A stretch of DNA of 32,000 nucleotides from Anaerosoma tenue (GTDB taxonomy: Bacteria; Actinomycetota; Coriobacteriia; Anaerosomatales; Anaerosomataceae), in contig NZ_JALNTY010000003.1 of assembly GCF_023161965.1 (NCBI RefSeq), positions 11,271 to 43,270 of the forward strand, given 5' to 3'. The notes beneath the pieces were generated by a model. That model saw only the letters and a list, made by a program, of their open reading frames with translations. It had not been told where the DNA came from and searched no databases. The position numbers and the translations under genes are program-made. Position 1 is the first letter of the stretch; each line of letters opens with the position of its first letter. Of this stretch, positions 1-12,851 are shown in pieces.

Positions 1-1998
1 GCGGTGGCGCGTCCGGTAGATGTGGTTCGAGAGCGCCGGCGCCAGCGTGTCGGTCACGAGCGAGCTCTTGCCGGAACCCGAGACGCCGGTGACCACGGTG
101 AGCGAGCCGAGAGGGATCGCCACGTCCACCGACTGCAGGTTGTTCTGGCGCGCGCCCTCCACCGTGATGTGACCGCGCTCGGCCTCCCGGCGCTCGGCGG
201 GTACGGGGATGCTCAGTTCGCCCGACATGTACCGCCCCGTCAGCGATTCGGCGCAGTGCAGCATCTTCTCCGGCTCGCCCACGCACACGAGCTCCCCGCC
301 GTGCTCGCCGGCGCCCGGCCCCATGTCCACAACGAAGTCCGCCGAGCGGATGGTCTCCTCGTCGTGTTCCACCACGATCACGGTGTTGCCGAGGTCGCGC
401 AGTCGCTCGAGCGCCGCGATCAACCGGGCGTTGTCGCGCTGATGCAGGCCGATGGAGGGCTCGTCGAGTATGTAGAGCACGCCCACGAGACCGCTGCCGA
501 TCTGCGTGGCGAGCCTGATGCGCTGCGCCTCCCCGCCCGAGAGCGTGGCCGTAGCGCGCTCGAGGGTGAGGTAGTCGAGCCCCACCTCGACGAGGAAGCG
601 CAGCCGCTCCACGATCTCCTTGATGATGCGGCGGCCGATCGCCTCATCGCGCTCGGAGAGCTCGACGCCCTCGAAGAACTCGAGCGAGTCCTTCGCCGAG
701 AGCATCGTCACCTCGTTGATGCTCTTGCCGCCGAACGCCACCGCGAGGATCTCGGGCTTGAGACGCGCGCCGCCGCACGAGGCGCACGGGATCACGGCCA
801 TGTACTCCTCAAGCTTCTCCTTGCTGGCGTCGCTCTCGGTCTCCTCGTGGCGGCGCATCACGCTGGCGAGCGCGCCCTCGTACTTCGTGAACCAGTACGT
901 CTCGCGGCCGTCCCGGGTCACGTAGTCGAGCCGGATCTTCTCGTCACCGAACCCGTGCAGCAGCTTGTGCCGCGCCTCCTCGGGCAGGTCGCTCCAGGGC
1001 GCGTCGATGCTCACACCCAGGTGTTTGGCGGCGGCCTCCACCAACTGCGGGTAGTAGTTGAGGTTGCCCGAGTAGGGCTTGATCGCGCCCTCGGCGATGG
1101 AGAGCGAGCGGTCAGGGACCACAAGGTCGGGGTCGGCCTCAAGCCTGCTGCCGATGCCGAGGCACTCGGGGCAGGCGCCATAGGGCGAGTTGAAGGAGAA
1201 GTCGCGCGGCGCAAGCTCGTCCATCGAGAACCCGTGCTCCGGACATGCCAGCGCCTGCGAGAACTCGTGCTCCTCGCCGTCCACCACGTCGATCATCACG
1301 GTGCCGCCCGCTAGCCGGAGCGCCATCTCCACGCTCTCGGCGAGACGCGTCCGGATGCCGTCCTTCATCACGAGCCGGTCGAGGACCACGTCGATCGTGT
1401 GCTTGTACTTCTTGTCGAGGACGATCTCCTCGTCGAGCATACGGACCTCGCCATCCACCCGCACGCGGGTGAATCCCTCGGCCTTGAGCTCGCTGAACAG
1501 CTTGCCGTACTCGCCCTTGCGCCCCTTCACCACCGGCGCGAGCACCTGGAACCTGGCGCCCTCGGCCATCTCGAGGATCGCGTCCACGATCTGCTCCGGC
1601 GTCTGCCGCTCGATGCGGCGGCCGCATATCGGGCAGTGCGGAACGCCCACCCGCGCGAAGAGCAGCCGGAGGTAGTCGTAGATCTCGGTGACGGTGCCCA
1701 CGGTCGACCGCGGGTTCTTGCTCGTGGTCTTCTGGTCGATCGCCACCGCGGGGGAGAGACCTTCGATGTGGTCCACGTCGGGTTTGTCCATCTGGCCGAG
1801 GAACTGCCGCGCATAGGCCGAGAGCGACTCCACGTACCGCCGCTGCCCCTCGGCGTAGATGGTGTCGAACGCGAGCGAGCTCTTGCCCGAGCCCGAAAGG
1901 CCCGTTATCACCACGAGCTGGTCACGGGGGATCTCGAGGTCGAAACCCTTGAGGTTGTGCTCGCGGGCGCCTCGGATGGAGATGTGGTCGAGAGACAT
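1..1998 (-). CDS. uvrA: Excinuclease ABC subunit A, N-terminal part; C-terminus runs off the window start
   Basis: Minus-strand translation from ATG at 1998 reads [118 protein letters not shown], diagnostic UvrA sequence with Walker A and zinc-site Cys residues. Confidence 0.97.
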   Translation of the reverse strand, partial: MSLDHISIRGAREHNLKGFDLEIPRDQLVVITGLSGSGKSSLAFDTIYAEGQRRYVESLSAYARQFLGQMDKPDVDHIEGLSPAVAIDQKTTSKNPRSTVGTVTEIYDYLRLLFARVGVPHCPICGRRIERQTPEQIVDAILEMAEGARFQVLAPVVKGRKGEYGKLFSELKAEGFTRVRVDGEVRMLDEEIVLDKKYKHTIDVVLDRLVMKDGIRTRLAESVEMALRLAGGTVMIDVVDGEEHEFSQALACPEHGFSMDELAPRDFSFNSPYGACPECLGIGSRLEADPDLVVPDRSLSIAEGAIKPYSGNLNYYPQLVEAAAKHLGVSIDAPWSDLPEEARHKLLHGFGDEKIRLDYVTRDGRETYWFTKYEGALASVMRRHEETESDASKEKLEEYMAVIPCASCGGARLKPEILAVAFGGKSINEVTMLSAKDSLEFFEGVELSERDEAIGRRIIKEIVERLRFLVEVGLDYLTLERATATLSGGEAQRIRLATQIGSGLVGVLYILDEPSIGLHQRDNARLIAALERLRDLGNTVIVVEHDEETIRSADFVVDMGPGAGEHGGELVCVGEPEKMLHCAESLTGRYMSGELSIPVPAERREAERGHITVEGARQNNLQSVDVAIPLGSLTVVTGVSGSGKSSLVTDTLAPALSNHIYRTRHR

Positions 1999-2201
1999 GC
2001 GGGTCGGCCTTTCGGTATGCAAGATGCGAGGGGTTTCTCTGCAAACCCCTATTCTACCCCGCCCTCACCAGCCCCGCACCCGGTCCGCAGCGACTCGCCT
2101 CGGCACCGCACCCGTTCCGTCGCGCGCTGCTTTCGCACCGCGTGCCGGGGTCCGGCGTCCTGCGTGGAGACACGCCCTTGTCGCAGGACCTTCACGGTGG
2201 C

Positions 2202-2217
2202 GTCACACCGCTGAAAC
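2202..2217 (+). promoter_or_regulatory. Candidate GlnR-type box upstream of amt
   Basis: GTCAC-ACCGCT-GAAAC matches the actinobacterial GlnR half-box gTnAC-n6-GaAAC exactly. Weaker half-sites at the same 11-bp phase lie upstream (GTCGC at 2180, TTCAC at 2191). About 83 nt before the amt ATG. Confidence 0.55.
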
Positions 2218-2299
2218 ACACCGCGTCCACCGTGGATGCATGACATACCCGTGCCAGGTACGCGGGGCGATCGTGAGGCGACCGGAAGGAAGGAAGCGC

Positions 2300-3965
<1,666 letters not shown>

Positions 3966-3969
3966 GACG

Positions 3970-6276
3970 ATGTGCGCAACACCACGGGCGACAGGGATGC
4001 CGGCGGGCGGTCCACTCCAGTGGTACACCGCCCGCCGGGCGGCCCTCATGGCAACGGCGGTGCCCGGCTCGGCCGCGGCACGCGAACTCTCCGACCTCAC
4101 GGATGAGGCCGTCCTGGCACTGGCCGGGGCGGCCCCGTCGCACGCCCGCCCGCCGTTCGCAGTCTTCGCGCTCGGAGGATACGGGGCCCGCCGCCTGCTG
4201 CCCGGGTCGGACATCGATCTACTGATCGTGTCCGAGGGCAACGCCCGTGACCTGGAGCCGCTCGTACGGACGCTGCTCTACCCGCTCTGGGACACCGGGG
4301 TCGATGTGGGTCACCAGGTACGCACGCGCGCCGGACAGGTACGCGCGGTGAGCGCCGACCTCACCGTGGCGACCGCATTCCTCACGGCCCGGTTCATCGG
4401 GGGCGATGAGCGGCTGGCGCACCGCGTGGTGGCCGACGCGTTCAAGCGGCTCCGCCGGGACCGGCGCCGTCTCCTGGACGAGATCGGAGCGCGCGCCCGT
4501 ACCGGTTCGCCGTATCTGCTGGCGCCCGACCTCAAGGAGGGAGCCGGCGGACAGCGGGACATCGACGAACTCGTCTGGCGCGCGGCGCTCGAAGCCGGCG
4601 TGCCGCTCACGAACGTTCCTGTCGACACCGCGCTCGAGGAGGCCCAGGACACGATCACGGCAGCCCGCTGGCGTCTGCACCTGCATCGGCCCACGGCACG
4701 AAACCTCATGGGTGTGGCCGACGCGGAGGCGGCCGGTATCGACGCGGAGGCCGTGCAGCGCGCGCTGGCGGCGGTGCAGCACATCCTTTTGGCAACGCGC
4801 GACGCGGTCCGTCGCACGAAGCGAAGCACTGCCGAGGACCCGCCCGCACCGCTTGGCCTCGCCGACCTCGTAAGCGCCGCGCGAGAAGGCGCGCGCGTCC
4901 TCCCGAGCGTGGAGCGTGCCGTCTACGCCGGCGGGCTCGACCATGCCGTACCGGGCTTCTCGGCGCTGATGACGCTGCGCCGCCCGGGCCTCTCGCACCG
5001 CTACACGGTGGGGGCCCACAGCCTGCACACGCTCGTGTCGCTCTTCAACGGCGACCAGGCGCATGCTGGAGACGCGCTTCCGGGTGACGCGTTCGAGGCG
5101 CTTGTGGTGGCCGCGCTCACGCACGACATCGGCAAGCGCGAGCCGGGACCGGACCACGCGGAGCGCGGTGCGGCGGAGGCCGGATCCGCTGCCGGGCGCC
5201 TTGGGCTTGCCCCGGATCCATGCCGCATCGTGGAGACGCTCGTGCGAGAGCACCTGCTCCTCGGCGAGGTCGCCACGAGTCGCGACCTGACCGACGAGGA
5301 CGTCGTACTGGAGGTGGCGGCGCGGATCGGCAGGCGGGATCTCGTGGAGCCGCTCTTCCTGCTGACCGCGGCTGACATGACCGCCACCGGCCCCGATGTC
5401 TGGACGCCATGGCGCCGTTCGCTCGTGGTCGAGCTGGCCCGCAAGACCGAGGCCGCCCTCTCGCCGGAGATCGACGGCACCGGCATCGTCTCGATGGCAC
5501 ACGCGTGCCGCGACGAGGCGGCGCGTCTCGCACTCGCGGAAGGCGCCTCGCGCGCCGTGCTGTCATTCATCGAGACCGCGCCGCTCCGGTACCTCGCCAG
5601 GCGTACTCCCGGGCACGTGCTGCGCGACGGACGCCTTGTCCAGAGCCTGTCCGGCCCGGGAGTGTTCGGGGAGGTCGCGCTGGACGTACGCGCAGGTGAT
5701 GCCCCCGACACATGGCTGCTCGACATCGCCACCCGCGACAGACCGGGGCTCTTTGCGGCGATCGCCGGTGCGGTGGCGGTCTCGGGCCTCGACACGCTTG
5801 CCGCCGAGGCCTTCACGTCCCACCGTGGCGTGGGGCTCGACATGTTCGTGGTAGCGCCTTCCACTGGAGCCCCTGTGGACGCGAGCACCTGGCATGCCCT
5901 TGAGCGTCACCTCTCCGACGCGCTGAGCGGCCGGGCCGGTCTCGAGTCGCTGCTTGAGGGACGGCGCAGACACTACCGCCCTCGCCCGGTACCCGATGCC
6001 ACACCGTGCAAGGTGACGCTCGGCCCGTGCGGCCCGTTCTCCTCCAGCGTGCACGTCCGCACTCACGACCGCATCGGACTGCTCCACGACCTTGCTTCGG
6101 CGATCCAATGCGCCGGGCTCGACATACGGCGCGCCGTGGTCACCACGCGCTCGGGCGTTGCCGACGACGTGTTCGATCTCACCGACGCGATGGGATCCCC
6201 GCCGCAACGCGACGTGCTCGAGACCGTGCTGGTGCCCCTCCTCGCGGCCGCCGCCGACAACGGGTCCGGGCGCTGA
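3970..6276 (+). CDS. glnD: [Protein-PII] nucleotidyltransferase/removase (GlnD-like), NT + HD + ACT domains
   Basis: Nucleotidyltransferase motif ALGGYGARRLLPGSDIDLLI, HD-domain motif LTHDIGKREPGPDH, C-terminal ACT-like regions (DRPGLFAAIAGAVAV; DRIGLLHDLASAI); immediately downstream of glnB. Confidence 0.92.
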   Translation: MCATPRATGMPAGGPLQWYTARRAALMATAVPGSAAARELSDLTDEAVLALAGAAPSHARPPFAVFALGGYGARRLLPGSDIDLLIVSEGNARDLEPLVRTLLYPLWDTGVDVGHQVRTRAGQVRAVSADLTVATAFLTARFIGGDERLAHRVVADAFKRLRRDRRRLLDEIGARARTGSPYLLAPDLKEGAGGQRDIDELVWRAALEAGVPLTNVPVDTALEEAQDTITAARWRLHLHRPTARNLMGVADAEAAGIDAEAVQRALAAVQHILLATRDAVRRTKRSTAEDPPAPLGLADLVSAAREGARVLPSVERAVYAGGLDHAVPGFSALMTLRRPGLSHRYTVGAHSLHTLVSLFNGDQAHAGDALPGDAFEALVVAALTHDIGKREPGPDHAERGAAEAGSAAGRLGLAPDPCRIVETLVREHLLLGEVATSRDLTDEDVVLEVAARIGRRDLVEPLFLLTAADMTATGPDVWTPWRRSLVVELARKTEAALSPEIDGTGIVSMAHACRDEAARLALAEGASRAVLSFIETAPLRYLARRTPGHVLRDGRLVQSLSGPGVFGEVALDVRAGDAPDTWLLDIATRDRPGLFAAIAGAVAVSGLDTLAAEAFTSHRGVGLDMFVVAPSTGAPVDASTWHALERHLSDALSGRAGLESLLEGRRRHYRPRPVPDATPCKVTLGPCGPFSSSVHVRTHDRIGLLHDLASAIQCAGLDIRRAVVTTRSGVADDVFDLTDAMGSPPQRDVLETVLVPLLAAAADNGSGR

Positions 6277-6307
6277 ACGGCGGGGTCCATGCCGGGACCC
6301 CGCCGTT
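6276..6307. terminator. Strong inverted repeat between convergent glnD and the SDR gene, likely bidirectional terminator
   Basis: Perfect 13-bp stem AACGGCGGGGTCC / GGACCCCGCCGTT with a 6-nt loop, starting at the last base of the glnD stop codon. Confidence 0.75.
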
Positions 6308-6327
6308 GCCTTGCACGTCGCCGGCCC

Positions 6328-7110
6328 CTACACCAGCGGCGGGGCGTCCACGAAGCCGCCGTCAACGTGAAGCGTGGTGCCGGTGACGTAGGAGGACGCG
6401 TCGGAACACAGCCAGAGGCTCGCCTCGGCCACTTCCGACGGCTGGGCGAAGCGGCCCAGGTTGCTCATCTGCAGCGCATAGCGCTCGGGGTCGAGACCGA
6501 ACTGCGTGAGGGCGTTCCGCAGCATCGGGGTGTCGATGGCGCCCGGCGCCACCGCGTTCACCCTGATGTCATGCGGACCGTTCTCCATGGCCGCGGTCTT
6601 GGTCATGCCCACCACACCGGCCTTGGCGGCCGTGTACGCGAACGTGGTCATCTGCGGCCGGAAGCCGCTCACCGACGAGATGTTGACGATCGACCCGCCG
6701 TCGCCCTGGGCGATCAGCTGCCGGAGCTCGTACTTGAGGCACAGTGCGGTGCCCTTGAGGTCGATCGACATCAGCCGGTCGTAGTAGTCCTCGTCGAAGT
6801 CCGATATCAGGCCCTGGTCGGGCGTGAGGGCCGCGTTGTTCACCGCCACGTCGAGCCTGCCATAGGTCTCCACGGTCTTCGCGACCATCGCCTCGACCTC
6901 GGCGGACTTGGAGATGTCCACATACACGAACGTCGCGTCACCACCGTCGGCGACGATCTCCTCGGCCACCTTCGAGCCGGTCTCCCGGTTGAAGTCGGCC
7001 ACGACGACCTTGGCGCCCGACGCCGCGAACAGCCGCGCGGTCACTTCGCCCATGCCCTGACCCGCGCCGGTGACGATCGCGACCTTGCCCTCAAGTACTG
7101 GATATGCCAT
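6328..7110 (-). CDS. Short-chain dehydrogenase/reductase family oxidoreductase
   Basis: 260-aa product MAYPVLEGKVAIVTGAGQGMGEVTARLFAASGAKVVVADF... with TGxxxGxG, NNA, YxxxK (YTAAK) and C-terminal VTGTTLHVDGG. Confidence 0.93.
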   Translation of the reverse strand: MAYPVLEGKVAIVTGAGQGMGEVTARLFAASGAKVVVADFNRETGSKVAEEIVADGGDATFVYVDISKSAEVEAMVAKTVETYGRLDVAVNNAALTPDQGLISDFDEDYYDRLMSIDLKGTALCLKYELRQLIAQGDGGSIVNISSVSGFRPQMTTFAYTAAKAGVVGMTKTAAMENGPHDIRVNAVAPGAIDTPMLRNALTQFGLDPERYALQMSNLGRFAQPSEVAEASLWLCSDASSYVTGTTLHVDGGFVDAPPLV

Positions 7111-7178
7111 CAGTCGACCCCTTCCCATGTTTTCCGGGCGGCTGGATGAGTGCCGCCGAGCCAACACTGTAGGGGCCG

Positions 7179-7208
7179 AATGTTTGTAACTGCAAGTCAC
7201 AATGTTTG
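7179..7208. promoter_or_regulatory. Candidate operator/promoter region of the SDR gene
   Basis: 8-bp direct repeats AATGTTTG at 7179 and 7201 (22 bp start to start) flank the near-palindrome TGTAACT-GCA-AGTCACA (7185-7201). On the minus strand a TTGCAG-n18-TACAGT promoter-like pair overlaps. Confidence 0.4.
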
Positions 7209-7215
7209 ATACTTC

Positions 7216-7246
7216 TCGTATGGCGGGCGGTACACCCGCCATACGA
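7216..7246 (-). terminator. Inverted repeat downstream of acs
   Basis: Perfect 12-bp stem TCGTATGGCGGG / CCCGCCATACGA with 7-nt loop, just beyond the acs stop codon (7255-7257) in the direction of transcription; no clear U-tract. Confidence 0.6.
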
Positions 7247-7254
7247 TCGCGCGC

Positions 7255-9240
<1,986 letters not shown>

Positions 9241-9330
9241 ACCATGCTCCTCCCGGTCGCCTTGTATTCGTATTCCCCTTCTGCCCCCCTCTTGTCGTGT
9301 ACGATACGCATACCCGCTGTAAGGAACCTT

Positions 9331-10149
9331 GTGAGCACACTCACCCGAAAGTACGACGACCTGCGCAACCGCCTGGCCAACCTCGGCAGCGCGCTGGTCG
9401 CATACTCTGGCGGCGTAGACTCCACCTTGCTCGCCTTCACGGGACACGTGGTGCTCGGCGAGAAGTGCCTCGCGGTGATCGCCGTCTCCGACGTGCATCC
9501 CGCCTCCGAGATCGACGAGGCGCGGGCCACGGCGCGTTCGCTCGGCCTGAACACGTACGAGGTCGAGACGTACGAGCTCACCGACCCTCGCTTCCAGTCG
9601 AATCCCCCCGATCGCTGCTACTACTGCAAGGCCGAGATGTTCTCCCTGTTCCGGACCATCGCCACCACGCGAGGCATCTCATGGGTGCTCGACGGGACCA
9701 ACGCCGACGACCCGGGACAACACCGCCCCGGGCTGCGCGCGATCAGCGAGTTCGGTGTGGTGAGCCCGCTCCTGGATGTGGGCCTGCACAAGGACGAGAT
9801 CAGGGCGCTTTCCGAGCAGCTCGGCCTCCCCACGTGGGACAAGCCCTCAGGCGCGTGCCTCGCCACACGGTTCCCCTACGGCACACCTATCACCGAGGAG
9901 GACCTCGACCGTGTCGCGGTCGCGGAGGCTGCCGCACGGAGACTGGGGCTCAAGCAGGTACGCGTACGCTCGCACGGCGACATCGCCCGGATCGAGGTCG
10001 ACCCCTCGGAGATGGAGCGTGCCTTCGCGCTGCGCGAGCAGCTTGCGGCGGGTGTGCGCGCGGCGGGCTTCGAGTTCGTCACGCAGGATCTCGACGGGTA
10101 CCGGAGCGGCTCCCTCGACGAGGGACTCGAGGAGCCCCGGAGCGAGTAG
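9331..10149 (+). CDS. larE: LarE-family ATP-dependent sacrificial sulfur transferase (PP-loop)
   Basis: GTG start; PP-loop motif [53 protein letters not shown]; 272 aa. Confidence 0.9.
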   Translation: MSTLTRKYDDLRNRLANLGSALVAYSGGVDSTLLAFTGHVVLGEKCLAVIAVSDVHPASEIDEARATARSLGLNTYEVETYELTDPRFQSNPPDRCYYCKAEMFSLFRTIATTRGISWVLDGTNADDPGQHRPGLRAISEFGVVSPLLDVGLHKDEIRALSEQLGLPTWDKPSGACLATRFPYGTPITEEDLDRVAVAEAAARRLGLKQVRVRSHGDIARIEVDPSEMERAFALREQLAAGVRAAGFEFVTQDLDGYRSGSLDEGLEEPRSE

Positions 10150-10567
10150 CGCGCACGGCCGACGACCGCCTGACCCATGCCACCGCGATGCCCAGCAGTA
10201 CCGGGACGGCGGTGAACACCTGGGTCGACGCGAGGACTCCGGTCGGCGAGTCCATCGACGGTCCGAGGAGCGCGAGTGCCATGACCACGCCGAGGTACGC
10301 GACCGAACCGGTCCAGACGCCCGCGCGGTTCCGCTCGAACCGCGCCACCCGGCGCACGAGACCGTACGCGATGACGCCGAGCGTCGCCAGCCCGCCGCCC
10401 CAGACCGACCACGCTACCGCCCCCATCACGCCCTCGTCTTCGATGCGAAGGAAGTAGACCGCGAAGAACGGCAGCGCGTACAGCACGTACTGGAACGCGG
10501 CGGCGATCACTATCAGCACAACCGGTACGGCCAGCGCCACGATGATGGTGCGCATCGTGCGAGTCAT
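10079..10567 (-). CDS. Small multi-spanning membrane protein, unknown function
   Basis: ORF MTRTMRTIIVALAVPVVLIVIAAAFQYVLYALPFFAVYFLR... with about 4 hydrophobic segments and a basic tail; TGATG overlap with the upstream gene; 3' end overlaps larE in antisense by 71 bp. Confidence 0.6.
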   Translation of the reverse strand: MTRTMRTIIVALAVPVVLIVIAAAFQYVLYALPFFAVYFLRIEDEGVMGAVAWSVWGGGLATLGVIAYGLVRRVARFERNRAGVWTGSVAYLGVVMALALLGPSMDSPTGVLASTQVFTAVPVLLGIAVAWVRRSSAVRATRSGAPRVPRRGSRSGTRRDPA

Positions 10568-10995
10568 CACGCCACCGCGGTCCACCGGTGTTCGCCTAGT
10601 GTCACGAAGGCGATCGTAAGTCCGATCAGGGCAGGCAGGGCGATCCCCGGCTCGTAGACCCCGGCAGGGTCACCTACGGTCGCGAATCCCAACCATACGA
10701 CCGGAGACACCGCCAGTCCCGGCCAGACGCACCATGGAACAGGCCTGCGGCGACCGATCATCTTGATCGTCGCATGTATGACGCCCGCATACACGCCCAG
10801 CCCGCCGATAAGAGCGAGCATATACGCGGCAACACCTGCGTACTCGCCCAGGCGCAGCACGACGATCACCGCCATGGCCATGCCCAACGACGTCATGAGC
10901 AGGACGTATGGCACCACGCCGCCCGCAATGACCGCCCCCAGCCCCCACAGGATTCCACGTCCCCAGCCGAGCTGTGCCGATCGAGTCATCGTCAT
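10567..10995 (-). CDS. Small multi-spanning membrane protein, unknown function
   Basis: ORF MTMTRSAQLGWGRGILWGLGAVIAGGVVPYVLLMTSLGMAMAVIVVL... with about 4 hydrophobic segments; G-rich RBS-like sequence upstream. Confidence 0.65.
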   Translation of the reverse strand: MTMTRSAQLGWGRGILWGLGAVIAGGVVPYVLLMTSLGMAMAVIVVLRLGEYAGVAAYMLALIGGLGVYAGVIHATIKMIGRRRPVPWCVWPGLAVSPVVWLGFATVGDPAGVYEPGIALPALIGLTIAFVTLGEHRWTAVA

Positions 10996-11049
10996 CTCCC
11001 CCTGCCCCCTCCATGCCGGACACCAGTTCACCGCCGACGGCTCCGGCCC

Positions 11050-12408
11050 CTACTCGGTAAGCACACGCAGCGCCGCCCTCACCGCGGCCGGCATGCGCTC
11101 CCGCACGCGCACGGGATCGCCCATCGCCCGACCGAGGATGCGCGTGGTGAACGGCTGCGCCGTGGACACGATGTCGATCTCCGGATAGAGGGCGCGTGCC
11201 ACACCCTCCACTGTTGCGAGCGACTTGATGAGCAGGCCGTATCCTCCGGGGATCGCGATGTCGTGCGCCCCCAGCAGCCTGAGGAACCCAAGCCCGAAGT
11301 GGGCGAAATCGCGGGTGCCGTCTGGTCGCACATCGCCATCCAGCAGCTCGCCCAGCCCTTTGCGCACAGGCTCGACGTGCTCGGGTGGCACATGCACGCC
11401 GAGCTTCTCCGAGTACCTGAGCGCCCTGTCCGGGTCACGGTAGACGAGGGCAGCCATCACCTGCGTGATGTTCATCCGCTCCTCGGGAGTGAGGTAGCCG
11501 ACGATGCCGAAATCCAGATACGCGATGGTGTTCTCGGGGGTGACGAAGATGTTCGCGGGATGCAGGTCGGCGTGATAGCGGCCGTAGACGAAGACCTGCC
11601 GCATGAACGCCGTCGCCCCGTGGATCGCAAGACCTTTGCAGTCAACGCCCGCCGCACGCGCGGTCTCAAGGTCACTCAATCGCCATCCGGTGATGTACTC
11701 CATGGTGAGCACCTTCGCGGTGGTCCTCGACCACACGATCCGCGGCGCCACCACCTTGTCGTCGTCGCGAAAGTCGAAAACGAATCGGTCAGCGAACCGG
11801 CCTTCCTTACGCAAGTCGAGCTCCCGGTCCACCGTCTCGGCGAACTCGTCAACGAGCGCCACAGGGTCGAATCGGCGCGCGAACCGGGTTCCCGCGAGGC
11901 GGGTAGCCAGCCGGCGCACTATGGCCACGTCGCCCCTGATGGACTCGGCCGCCCCCGGGCGCACGACCTTCACCACGACCTCGGCGCCCGCCGGAAGCAC
12001 GTCGCCCCACACAGGTCGGCAGGGTGCGGCGAGTGTCGCCCGATGTACCTGAGCGATCGAAGCGGCGGCGAGCGGCGTGTCATCGAAGGACGCGAACAAC
12101 TCCTCGGGCTCCGCCGCGAACTCACTGCGGATGACCGAGCGGATGGCACTCGCGGGTATGGGTGGAACAGCGTCCTGCATGCTCTGCATCTCGGCGACCA
12201 GCTCCGCCGAGAACTCGTCGGGCCTCACGGAGATGAGTTGGCCGAGTTTCACGAACGCCGGGCCGAGGCGCTCGAACGACAGACGCAACGCGCGGGCCCA
12301 GGCCGCGCGCCTCACGCGGCCCGGCGCCAGGCCGAAGCGCGCAGAGGGCAGCTGCCGTACCAGCTGGCCGAGCGTGACCCCCACGATGACGGCGTTACGG
12401 GATGGCAT
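11050..12408 (-). CDS. ABC1/AarF/UbiB-family atypical protein kinase
   Basis: FERLGPAFVKLGQLISVRPDEFSAELVAEMQSMQDAVPP, ASIAQVHRA, EVVVKVVRPGA, YHADLHPANIFV, IAYLDFGIVGYL are signature motifs of the ABC1 kinase family. Confidence 0.93.
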   Translation of the reverse strand: MPSRNAVIVGVTLGQLVRQLPSARFGLAPGRVRRAAWARALRLSFERLGPAFVKLGQLISVRPDEFSAELVAEMQSMQDAVPPIPASAIRSVIRSEFAAEPEELFASFDDTPLAAASIAQVHRATLAAPCRPVWGDVLPAGAEVVVKVVRPGAAESIRGDVAIVRRLATRLAGTRFARRFDPVALVDEFAETVDRELDLRKEGRFADRFVFDFRDDDKVVAPRIVWSRTTAKVLTMEYITGWRLSDLETARAAGVDCKGLAIHGATAFMRQVFVYGRYHADLHPANIFVTPENTIAYLDFGIVGYLTPEERMNITQVMAALVYRDPDRALRYSEKLGVHVPPEHVEPVRKGLGELLDGDVRPDGTRDFAHFGLGFLRLLGAHDIAIPGGYGLLIKSLATVEGVARALYPEIDIVSTAQPFTTRILGRAMGDPVRVRERMPAAVRAALRVLTE

Positions 12409-12417
12409 GGCGCACCC

Positions 12418-12759
12418 CTACTCGCCGAGCTTGCGGAGGATGGTCTCCAGCAGCGACTCCATGGTGTCGAGTCGGCCGCGCAGCTCGGCGACCTCGAAGC
12501 GGATCTCGTCCAGTGCGGGATCGGATTCCTTCTCCTCCGAGACCTGCTCACCACGGGCGCGCGCCTCGAGGTCGAGCTTGAGCTTCTCTTTCTCCTCCTC
12601 GACCATCGCCGCGAGGCCGTCCACGAACGCATCCCGTCCACCCGTCATGCCCTCGGGCCCTTCGGCAATGCCCCGCCGGATCGCGGCCTTGATCTCCTCA
12701 TCCGCGGCCTCATGCGTGAAGAGCCACGTTGCGAAGAACCGCATCACGTCGTCCGTCAT
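12418..12759 (-). CDS. Small coiled-coil (phasin-like) protein, co-transcribed with the ABC1 kinase
   Basis: 113-aa ORF MTDDVMRFFATWLFTHEAADEEIKAAIRRGIAEGPEGM...EIRFEVAELRGRLDTMESLLETILRKLGE; 9-nt gap to the downstream kinase gene. Confidence 0.7.
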   Translation of the reverse strand: MTDDVMRFFATWLFTHEAADEEIKAAIRRGIAEGPEGMTGGRDAFVDGLAAMVEEEKEKLKLDLEARARGEQVSEEKESDPALDEIRFEVAELRGRLDTMESLLETILRKLGE

Positions 12760-12795
12760 GTCACGCCCCCCGTCGACCTAGATACTGTGTAATGA

Positions 12796-12824
12796 ATAGT
12801 ACCTCGCATTACGAGGTAATGCAA
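12796..12824 (-). promoter_or_regulatory. Sigma70-type promoter with palindromic operator in the spacer, upstream of the coiled-coil/ABC1-kinase operon
   Basis: Minus strand TTGCAT-n17-TACTAT. The spacer holds ACCTCG-CATTA-CGAGGT (12801-12817), overlapped by GCATTAC-GAG-GTAATGC (12806-12822). Predicted start lies about 30 nt before the ATG at 12759. Confidence 0.65.
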
Positions 12825-12851
12825 CCCGCCTTCCGGGATCGCCCGGTTGCT

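Noticed and set aside
4-1314. 436-aa plus-strand ORF
   Set aside because: Antisense to uvrA; Arg/His/Asp-rich composition typical of shadow frames in high-GC coding DNA, no recognisable domain.
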